This document shows positions 1 to 7,399 of a stretch of DNA of 45,198 nt, one piece after another. Location of the stretch: contig JAKSBJ010000129.1 of NCBI GenBank assembly GCA_022361195.1, positions 1 to 45,198 of the forward strand. The letters are read 5' to 3'. A program made the position numbers and the translations under genes. The stretch's first letter is position 1, and each line of letters starts with the position of its first letter. The stretch is from Flavobacteriales bacterium. GTDB lineage: Bacteria; Bacteroidota; Bacteroidia; Flavobacteriales_D; Crocinitomicaceae. The notes beneath the pieces are model-generated. The model ran no database searches. It saw only the letters and a program-made list of their open reading frames with translations, and was not told the origin of the DNA.

Positions 1-218
1 CTGTAATGAGTACGTTTTACCCAATGATGTCCTGCATCGTCTCTGGCATGCTCTGTGTCCCCTTCTTTATATCGATAAACCCTTCCTTCTGCTCCTTCTG
101 GATCTTTAATCAACTGAAAAACCTGATCATCAGATTTTTTTCTTTGAACTACAGCATGAGCCGCAGCCATTTGAGTCACTTCCTCATTATCCTGATATCT
201 GTACTGCGCTGCAACCAT
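1..218 (-). CDS. Hypothetical protein, 5' partial in window (N-terminus MVAAQYRYQDNEEVTQMAAAH...). Its ATG overlaps the TGA of the upstream GH25 gene (ATGA), so the eCIS operon continues past the window start.
   Basis: I translated the minus strand by hand from 218 downward. The frame stays open to position 3 with no stop. The start codon at 218-216 shares bases with the stop codon 220-218 of the preceding gene. This ORF is absent from the supplied ORF track because it has no stop in the window. Confidence 0.4.
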   Translation of the reverse strand, partial: MVAAQYRYQDNEEVTQMAAAHAVVQRKKSDDQVFQLIKDPEGAEGRVYRYKEGDTEHARDDAGHHWVKRTHY

Positions 219-1009
219 CAGCTCTTTTTACTTTTTGAAATGAACTTTTTCAACTCGCTCTCATTCCCGTTAAAAACATCCAAGTCGTTCTTCGTATTCC
301 CTAACATATAATGATCACTCATTTGCCAGAAGGTCCAGGTCGTCCAGCCTCCAAAGAGTTCAGGGGTACTATCTGAATAGTCTGCCACCCAAAGCGGATA
401 ATCAGCAAAGGCAGAATCAGTTAAATTGGTTTTACCAAAGGATGAATTGGTATAAATAATGGGAACATAATTGGTTAGTTTTTCTACTTCTTGTATAAAT
501 ACCAAAAGACTATCCATATCCGCCGCAGTACAAGCCGACCCTTTTGATTGGTTTTCAATATCAACGATTGGAGGCAATACTTTATCTCCAAAAGTTTTTA
601 CCTGATTGACGTAAAACTGAGCCTGAGCTATTGGAGAATCCTCACAACGATAAAAATGATAATAGCCTGAATAGTACTTGGATGAATCTAAAAAGACCTT
701 ATTAGAATCAAATTCAGGATCGACGTAGGTTATTCCTTCAGTTGCTTTGCAGATGATGAAACTAAGTGAGTCACTCAATTGGTTCGTTTTTCTGATTTCA
801 TCTCCCTGCCAATGTGAGACATCAATTCCGTAAGCATAAGCCCCGGGATCGCTTGCTACTGTTCCACTTCCCGAACAGTTGGTACAACACCCCAACACAC
901 CACATACTGCTGTTACTGCTTTTTTTTCATAGGCGAGAATGACAGTAGAAAAATGAGCTCCTAATAAAACAAATGGTATAGCTATCAAAATGAGACACTT
1001 GAGTTTCAT
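218..1009 (-). CDS. GH25-family lysozyme (N-acetylmuramidase) with an N-terminal signal peptide and a Cys-rich segment. Last complete gene of the eCIS operon.
   Basis: GH25 motifs are visible in the translation: GIDVSHWQG, IICKATEG, GYYHF and PPIVDIENQ (the DxE catalytic region). The hydrophobic N-terminus MKLKCLILIAIPFVLLGA fits a signal peptide. A 4-nt overlap with the upstream ORF indicates co-transcription. Confidence 0.8.
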   Translation of the reverse strand: MKLKCLILIAIPFVLLGAHFSTVILAYEKKAVTAVCGVLGCCTNCSGSGTVASDPGAYAYGIDVSHWQGDEIRKTNQLSDSLSFIICKATEGITYVDPEFDSNKVFLDSSKYYSGYYHFYRCEDSPIAQAQFYVNQVKTFGDKVLPPIVDIENQSKGSACTAADMDSLLVFIQEVEKLTNYVPIIYTNSSFGKTNLTDSAFADYPLWVADYSDSTPELFGGWTTWTFWQMSDHYMLGNTKNDLDVFNGNESELKKFISKSKKS

Positions 1010-1575
1010 ACTTCAACTTTTAACCATTCAATTAATATCTCCCAACTCTCAATATCTAACTCTACAGGTCCAATCCAATCTTTGTTCTCATAATGAGGCG
1101 CTGAACAGAAGTTGTTGTTCTCTGTTAGATCTTTGATTCGCTCTATTTCTGCTGAGTAATATCTTTTTTCAAATGGAATTCCGCTCAAAGCTTTGATTAA
1201 ATCCTGATTAATAAGGGGAAGTCGCTCAAATGTTGCTCCCAATTCTTCATTCCAACTAAAATCAATTTCTTCATCGTCTTTTCCCAAAAGCATTCTTCTT
1301 AATCGAAGTTGATTGTGAATTTCAATTTTCAGATATTCATCCAATAAGTGCATTAAATCCTGCACCTCTCCTTTATTCCTTAAAATCAGAAAAAGATTTT
1401 TATTGGTCATCAAATAGCCTACAACCCTCATTCCATTTGAATGAATACAGTAGTTTAAGCCTTTTGCCAGCATTAGTTTACATTGCGAATCAAGGAAATA
1501 GTCCTTCCAATCCGTCAACCTCAAGGTTAGAGGTTGAAGATTATCAGGAATTTTATTTGATTCAAAAACTTCCAT
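1006..1575 (-). CDS. Hypothetical soluble protein, 189 aa, with no transmembrane segment and no recognisable motif. It sits between the eCIS ATPase and the lysozyme.
   Basis: This is an ORF-track ORF in the same strand and operon context, with an ATGA overlap onto the GH25 gene. It has no hydrophobic stretch, so it is not a holin. Confidence 0.45.
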   Translation of the reverse strand: MEVFESNKIPDNLQPLTLRLTDWKDYFLDSQCKLMLAKGLNYCIHSNGMRVVGYLMTNKNLFLILRNKGEVQDLMHLLDEYLKIEIHNQLRLRRMLLGKDDEEIDFSWNEELGATFERLPLINQDLIKALSGIPFEKRYYSAEIERIKDLTENNNFCSAPHYENKDWIGPVELDIESWEILIEWLKVEV

Positions 1576-1582
1576 TTAAAAA

Positions 1583-2944
1583 CTAATAATCAGCCTTTTG
1601 AATTGTTTTATTTTCTTTGTTGTACTCACGTTTAATGCCTTCTAAAATATCATCTGATGTCACCTGGCTATTATCTCGCTGAACAGCTTTTAAAGCACAG
1701 AAACGTAGCACATTAATGATTGATCCTCCAGATAGCTCAAAGTCTTCTGCAATACGGTATAAATCCAAGCCTTCTTCCAAGGTACATCCAGCAGAAAAGG
1801 CATTTTGCCAAAGTAGAAGCCGCTCTTCGACAGAAGGAATCGGGAAATTGATCATTGCTTGAAAACGTCGGGTAAAAGCCTCGTCCATATTAGCTTTAAG
1901 GTTAGAAGCCAAAATGATTACTCCTGGATAATCCTCTATCCTTTGTAGTAAGAAGGACGTTTGTTGATTAGCATGGCGATCGTTGGAATTATTAGCAGCA
2001 GTACGTTTTCCAAACAAGGCATCCGCCTCATCAAAAAACAGTATCCAGTCTTTGTACTGCGCAATGTCAAAAATACGAGCCAAATTCTTCTCTGTTTCTC
2101 CAATATATTTAGAGACAATCATTGATAAGTCAACCCGATACACTTCTCTTCCAGAAGCCTTCCCCAATAGCGTTGCAGTTAAGGTTTTACCCGTTCCGGG
2201 AGGGCCATAAAACAAGGCCCTGTAGCCTGGTTTTATCATTTTATCCAACCCCCAATCATTCATGATTAGAGAAGAATGATCCAGCCAAACCGAAATCTCT
2301 TCCAACTGATTCATTACCACATCTGAAAGCACTACATCTTCCCACTCCATTTTAGTTGTAATCAGTTGAGCAGGAAAATTGGCACTGTGTTGAATTTTAG
2401 GTTGTTCTCCAGTAATAAAATACTGCATCCATGAATCACTAATACTTAAAATTCCATTTAAAGATGGAATGTGATCATCTGTATCACCCAACAAGAGAAT
2501 TCGTTCTTTTATTAAAATGCTATTTCGTCCTAGCACCCTATTTACTTCCAGTCTGAATTCAACATCAATAGTAGCAATGAGAAAGCAATAAGTTTGCCCA
2601 GTAGGTAAAAAACCACTGAAGTTTTTATCTACTACTCCACCAAATTCGGTAAAACCACGATCGTAAAGTTGATTTCGACCAAAGAAGATATCCAATACCT
2701 CGGGTTTTAAATGAGGCGAAATGGCCAAAATAAGTGCCAGACGATCAAAAACATTTAATTCGTGTTCTTGTACAAAATTGGCATAAGGACAATCTATTTC
2801 ACTTAAATCCGGAACCGGAATATCCATCCAGTGTTTTTCGTGCCCTTCTTGTAATAAATAGGAACGAATTACCTGATCAATAACTGCTTGTAACCAATCA
2901 ATCTCAGTATATAAAGTTGATATGGCTACATTTTTATCTTCCAT
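1583..2944 (-). CDS. eCIS-type AAA+ ATPase (Afp15/Pvc15-like, single AAA domain).
   Basis: Walker A is LFYGPPGTGKTL and Walker B is ILFFDEADALF. Downstream of these sit a sensor-1 region and an arginine finger region (SNLKANMDEAFTRRF). A roughly 230-aa N-terminal non-AAA domain is present, as in Afp15-family ATPases. Its position after the tape measure and accessory genes also fits. Confidence 0.85.
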   Translation of the reverse strand: MEDKNVAISTLYTEIDWLQAVIDQVIRSYLLQEGHEKHWMDIPVPDLSEIDCPYANFVQEHELNVFDRLALILAISPHLKPEVLDIFFGRNQLYDRGFTEFGGVVDKNFSGFLPTGQTYCFLIATIDVEFRLEVNRVLGRNSILIKERILLLGDTDDHIPSLNGILSISDSWMQYFITGEQPKIQHSANFPAQLITTKMEWEDVVLSDVVMNQLEEISVWLDHSSLIMNDWGLDKMIKPGYRALFYGPPGTGKTLTATLLGKASGREVYRVDLSMIVSKYIGETEKNLARIFDIAQYKDWILFFDEADALFGKRTAANNSNDRHANQQTSFLLQRIEDYPGVIILASNLKANMDEAFTRRFQAMINFPIPSVEERLLLWQNAFSAGCTLEEGLDLYRIAEDFELSGGSIINVLRFCALKAVQRDNSQVTSDDILEGIKREYNKENKTIQKADY

Positions 2945-3854
2945 TTGAATTAAAGAGTCGGCTTATATCGTCCAGATCAAAATCGGCCCATTTGAAATAC
3001 AATAAAGCTGTATTTGGATTGAGTTCATTGGCTTGTAACATATCGAGCAGACTCCCCTGAACATTGTTGGATACCTGTGGAGAATAATTCACCATGTCAT
3101 ACTCAAAATTGTAATCGTAAAATTCACTGGCCCATTCGTACACACCCTTTCGACGATTGATTAAATCACTGATAAAGTGGTCAAGTTTATCGTTTTTTAC
3201 TTTGAGCTTTTTAGCCTTAAAAAAGTGCGGTTTTCTTTTCACCTCGCGGTGGTAATATTCTATTTCTTTGGATTGAACTGTTCGTGAGGTTTCATGTCCA
3301 AAGAGATCCACCAACCCGTGATTTTCGGTATTAGTGGCAATTTCAAGCTCTCCTTCTTCCGATCCGCAAATGGCTAATGTCCAATTTGAAGTAACCGCTG
3401 TTTCAGTTACCACATAAACATCCCTGAAGGAGAAGTTAGTTTGAGTTAATTTGATGATTAGCTCATCAGCAATAATGTTCCAATTATTGATTCTGACTGA
3501 TTCAGGATTTGTTCCTTTAAAAAAGAAGCTTCCATATCCATCAAAAGCCAATACCTGTCGACTATATTCAAATTGTCCATCAATTAAATTCTCTCCTACT
3601 CCCCTTCCTGAATAAGGTTTGGTAACTCCTTGATGAAAAGACCAATTAGCTGCATGAAGAAGGTTTGCTGAACTAATATCGCAATTCTCCGGACTCACCA
3701 ACTTATTCATGTAGATGTTTCCCAAAAGGGTTATTTCTCCATTGTTGATTTGAAAAAAATCACCCGGGTGAACATAATGCCCCAAAGGAATTGTTGGAAC
3801 GAATCCTGTGCGATTATAGCAGGATTGATAATAATTTTGAAATACTTTTTCCAT
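2934..3854 (-). CDS. Hypothetical protein, 306 aa (eCIS accessory, cargo or fibre candidate). No HExxH motif and no known motif recognised.
   Basis: ORF-track ORF whose start overlaps the ATPase gene by 11 nt. A strong hairpin lies immediately upstream. Confidence 0.45.
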   Translation of the reverse strand: MEKVFQNYYQSCYNRTGFVPTIPLGHYVHPGDFFQINNGEITLLGNIYMNKLVSPENCDISSANLLHAANWSFHQGVTKPYSGRGVGENLIDGQFEYSRQVLAFDGYGSFFFKGTNPESVRINNWNIIADELIIKLTQTNFSFRDVYVVTETAVTSNWTLAICGSEEGELEIATNTENHGLVDLFGHETSRTVQSKEIEYYHREVKRKPHFFKAKKLKVKNDKLDHFISDLINRRKGVYEWASEFYDYNFEYDMVNYSPQVSNNVQGSLLDMLQANELNPNTALLYFKWADFDLDDISRLFNSNGR

Positions 3855-3870
3855 AATCGAAAAATTAGTA

Positions 3871-3905
3871 AATCCTCAGCATAAAATTGTTTTACGCTGA
3901 GGATT
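3871..3905 (-). promoter_or_regulatory. Intra-operon stem-loop with 10-bp perfect arms (aatcctcagc / gctgaggatt) and a 15-nt loop, in the 62-bp gap between the 275-aa and 306-aa genes. Possible attenuator or mRNA-processing and stability element.
   Basis: The inverted repeat was read directly from the sequence. On the minus strand it is followed by TACTAATTTTTCG, a weak T-tract. Confidence 0.4.
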
Positions 3906-3916
3906 TTATGGAAATA

Positions 3917-4744
3917 TTACGAAGCCAAAGCCGCCGCATTCGCAGCTGCATATCCAGACTGCAAAGACGTTAGTTTTACCTGAGCCTTTTCAAGGTTAGA
4001 TTGTGCTTCATTTAACTGTTTTGCTGTTAATGTATTAGCATCTTGAGCTTTTTCATAATTCTTCTCAGCTTCCTGATAAGCCTTATGGATTAAGTAAAAC
4101 AAGGATGCCTCCTGATCTTCAGTGGCTTTTCCATCACTATCGGTTCCCGTATAAACCTCCAATAGGTTCACCGCCTGCATAAATTCAAGCGAAGAAATAG
4201 CCTCTGTTTCCTTATTGGATGATTGCGTGGTATAAGTAGACTTTAGAGCGACCAAAGTTGCGGCTACCGCATTATTAGCATCTTGACCGGCTGTTCCCAA
4301 AATGGTGATTAATTCATCAGAAATCAGCGGGTTTTGAGCTTTTCGGCGAATGACTAAATTCGACAACTTCTCAATCATCTCAGCAGAATAAATCAGCTCT
4401 TTAATCATTTGAGTGAGATTCTTTGTCAAATCATCAACCTTAACATCAGTCTCTGACATTTCTTCTAATGCAATTTCAGAACTGTTTTTAAGATCTGTTA
4501 GGTTCTTTAGAACATCCTGAGCTAAATCCCAATTGCTGAGAGCAGTAGCTCTTTTTGCATCAGCTGTTTGTAACAAAGCCGTGAATTTATTCGACTTTTC
4601 GGTTAAGGAAGTAACCATTGCTTCAAATTGTTGAACCGTATATTCAGCATTTCTTACCTCTTCTTCTAAAAGATCTAATTCAGCTTTTTTTCGTTCAGTA
4701 ACCCCGTATCTTTTTTGTGGGGCATTTATTGTGATATTGTTCAT
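3917..4744 (-). CDS. Hypothetical coiled-coil protein, 275 aa, rich in Ala/Ser/Thr/Gln with a heptad-like periodicity. eCIS accessory or cargo candidate.
   Basis: Sequence composition (for example LEEEVRNAEYTVQQFEAMVTSLTEK and LNEAQSNLEKAQVKLTSLQ). It lies inside the operon 25 nt downstream of the 854-aa gene. Confidence 0.45.
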   Translation of the reverse strand: MNNITINAPQKRYGVTERKKAELDLLEEEVRNAEYTVQQFEAMVTSLTEKSNKFTALLQTADAKRATALSNWDLAQDVLKNLTDLKNSSEIALEEMSETDVKVDDLTKNLTQMIKELIYSAEMIEKLSNLVIRRKAQNPLISDELITILGTAGQDANNAVAATLVALKSTYTTQSSNKETEAISSLEFMQAVNLLEVYTGTDSDGKATEDQEASLFYLIHKAYQEAEKNYEKAQDANTLTAKQLNEAQSNLEKAQVKLTSLQSGYAAANAAALAS

Positions 4745-4768
4745 TTTATTTTCTTTTTAAGTTAATTA

Positions 4769-7333
4769 TCAAGATTCCGGACTTATAACCGTTTGGTATT
4801 TGAATTTGGCTGTACTATCGATATCAGAAAGTTTATTGGTGAACTGAGCCAAATCTTCCTCATTTGCTGTCGAATACGTCAATACTACAGGAATGTAATA
4901 AGCGTCTTCTACTAACAAATTTCCAAAGTTGTCAGTCGTGTTCGACTCAATAGTTACTTGCCAGGTTTTATCGGCACCTCGGGCTTCTGCATCAATTATG
5001 TCTGCCACGGTATAATTTGCTGTCGAAACCTGCTCCGCAATATCCAAATCAAAGAAGAATGACAGTGTTCCTAGCTGTTTTCCAAACTCTTTATCAATTA
5101 ATACTGCAGAACCGCTTAAGCCACTTAACCCCTCTTCAAAAGAATTTAACGCATTTTCTGCTTCCTGACTTAACACTTTTTCTTCGGCCTTTAAATCCTT
5201 CAAATCTTTCTTAGATTGCTTTAAAGAGTCCTTCAGTTCACTAAGAACTGCTTCTAACTTGGTTTTTTCGCTGTCAGTAAGGTTAGGATTTTTCAACGCC
5301 TCCTCAATGGTACTTACTTCGTTATTAAAACCACTTATTTCATTCTGCTTTTGTTTAATCTCGGTTTGTTTAGCCGCTACTTCTCCCTGTTTATTAAAAA
5401 CCCCTTTCTTATTTGTGACTTGAGCTTGTAGATCTGTTTTAAATGCATTGAGAGCATCAGTCTGAATTTTGTACACTAAGTACTTATCAATTGTAGCAAG
5501 GGAATCTGTTTCAAATTGTCCCAGATCATCCTGAGAGACAATTTTAAGCTCATCTACCATTTGCTCAAAAGTATCAAAGTTGGAAGTGATTTTCATTTGT
5601 TTGATACGAGCAATGTCCTTATTCATGGAAGCTTCAGTCTCTTTGAGTTTCGCTGAAAGTTCCTGGTATTTATTCTTCAGCTCATTGGCTTTTGCAGTAT
5701 CTCCATCGGCCAAACATTTATGGATTTCAGCTTTTACTTCTACCATCTCAGCCTGAATACTTAAGATCGTTGACGAATAAGCCTCAAAGACTTTTTGAAC
5801 CATTTCATCAGCCTTTTCAATAGAGTTGAGTTCTTTTTCGGTTAAAAGATTAGCCGTGATGTCTGAATTGGCAGGAATAAACATACAACGATATTCTACA
5901 TCCTGACCTTTATTAACGCTTTCGTTTAGTTTAAACTGCATAGTTTGACGCAAGAACTTCTTGTTCAGGTCTTCCTCTCTCTCCTTACGAATCTCAAACT
6001 TCTTAGTACCGTTACTAACGTCAATTTCAATGACATCAAACTCTGTTACCATTGATAAATCTTCCTCTTCGCTTTCAACTGTTATATTTGAGGCTATTGG
6101 TCCTCCCAACTCACTTGTCAAAGTAAAAATTGGTGAGGAAGCAGAAAGGAAATTCTCGAAATTGTTGATTTCTGACTTATAACTCTCAAGGTACTTGGCA
6201 AAGACAAAAACAACATAGCTTTTACCAAACTCTATCCTCTCATTATCAGTATCTCTCAAGGTTGTGTACTCTGATACATCAGCATCAATTTCATAAGAAT
6301 CTTTGCCATCATTAGGAACAGAAATTAACCGTTTGGTTGTGGCCACAGTAGAAGGATCCGTATCTACATTGAAAATATTTTCGGCAGTAGCAATGTTGAA
6401 TATTCCTGATTTATTGCTCTTAACGATGAAAACGGCATATTCCTGTACTGGATATGTATAGTCTATCTTCTCAATACCCAGACTTGTTTTTGTCACTTTA
6501 GGGAAAGGACTTAGAAGCGCATCAAAAGAGATTTGGAACTTCAATTCTCCCTCTACAGTATTTACTGGAAATGTAACATTTGCAGTCGTCAGACTCATAT
6601 TGAGTTCACTGTTCATCAATGTATAGGCCGAATTGGCTGCATAATAATCCGTATTCGCATCTTCCAGATTCCCTTCGGCTACTTTTTCTTTTGCACTCGC
6701 CACTGCCAATGCCTCATTATCAGCGGTAACCTGCTCGTTAGCAGCATCATATTCTGATGTGGCAATTTTTAAAAGATCCTGAATAGAAGTATTGGCTACT
6801 GTTGCCTGCGCTTCTACATTTGCAGAAGAAACTTCTGACATCAAGGCAGAGGACTCCATGGCATACTGCGAAGTTACCTCTGCATGAGAGGCAGTAATGT
6901 CCATATAGTGCTTTGTTGTTTTACAAAGATCATAGATATCCGTTCCATAGTCCGCAGCATTGATAATACTCGAAATGCTTCCCATATCGCTTGCCAGCTT
7001 TACAACAGCATTTGTTGCGATTTGAACATTCGCCGCTGAAACAGCAGCATTGGATACAGACAAATCAGAAAATTGTTTTTGCTGCTTAGCAGAAGTCAAA
7101 ACATTAATTGAATTGTTACTGTTTGTAACTGCTCCCTTTTTTACGGCAGCTTTTTTATCGGAATCTTGCTCGGCCTCATCCAATTTTTCGGCATCCGTAA
7201 TTGTTGCCTCCTGGGCATAATAGAGAGTAAACTTGGACGCATTCATAGATGCCTCCATTTTCTTTTGCTCCAGCTCTTGCTCGTTGAGTGAATCAACGAC
7301 ACTTGAACGCAGATTATCGTTATAGGTATTCAT
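4769..7333 (-). CDS. Hypothetical 854-aa protein. It has an N-terminal Ala/Ser-rich helical region, a central beta-rich domain, a long coiled coil (roughly residues 500-780) and a C-terminal globular domain. Tail-fibre-like, cage or cargo candidate of the eCIS.
   Basis: The domain layout was read from the translation. It sits immediately downstream of the tape-measure candidate in the same operon, preceded by a 66-nt AT-rich gap. Confidence 0.45.
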   Translation of the reverse strand: MNTYNDNLRSSVVDSLNEQELEQKKMEASMNASKFTLYYAQEATITDAEKLDEAEQDSDKKAAVKKGAVTNSNNSINVLTSAKQQKQFSDLSVSNAAVSAANVQIATNAVVKLASDMGSISSIINAADYGTDIYDLCKTTKHYMDITASHAEVTSQYAMESSALMSEVSSANVEAQATVANTSIQDLLKIATSEYDAANEQVTADNEALAVASAKEKVAEGNLEDANTDYYAANSAYTLMNSELNMSLTTANVTFPVNTVEGELKFQISFDALLSPFPKVTKTSLGIEKIDYTYPVQEYAVFIVKSNKSGIFNIATAENIFNVDTDPSTVATTKRLISVPNDGKDSYEIDADVSEYTTLRDTDNERIEFGKSYVVFVFAKYLESYKSEINNFENFLSASSPIFTLTSELGGPIASNITVESEEEDLSMVTEFDVIEIDVSNGTKKFEIRKEREEDLNKKFLRQTMQFKLNESVNKGQDVEYRCMFIPANSDITANLLTEKELNSIEKADEMVQKVFEAYSSTILSIQAEMVEVKAEIHKCLADGDTAKANELKNKYQELSAKLKETEASMNKDIARIKQMKITSNFDTFEQMVDELKIVSQDDLGQFETDSLATIDKYLVYKIQTDALNAFKTDLQAQVTNKKGVFNKQGEVAAKQTEIKQKQNEISGFNNEVSTIEEALKNPNLTDSEKTKLEAVLSELKDSLKQSKKDLKDLKAEEKVLSQEAENALNSFEEGLSGLSGSAVLIDKEFGKQLGTLSFFFDLDIAEQVSTANYTVADIIDAEARGADKTWQVTIESNTTDNFGNLLVEDAYYIPVVLTYSTANEEDLAQFTNKLSDIDSTAKFKYQTVISPES

Positions 7334-7399
7334 AACTTTCGGTTTATTAAATTATTATTCAACTATTTAAAAATCATTTATTTATTAAAACTTATTTAA

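Noticed and set aside
6-311. 101-aa plus-strand ORF at the window start
   Set aside because: It is low-complexity (Phe/Ser/Leu-rich) and entirely antisense to two coupled minus-strand eCIS genes. It is spurious.
1936-2210. Small ORFs on both strands inside the ATPase gene
   Set aside because: They overlap the Walker-motif-bearing frame of the AAA+ gene and have no independent support.
2934-7333. Search for zinc-metallopeptidase (HExxH / DUF4157-like) signatures in the unknown eCIS accessory proteins
   Set aside because: No HExxH motif is present in the 306-, 275- or 854-aa proteins. I could not assign an effector family from sequence alone.
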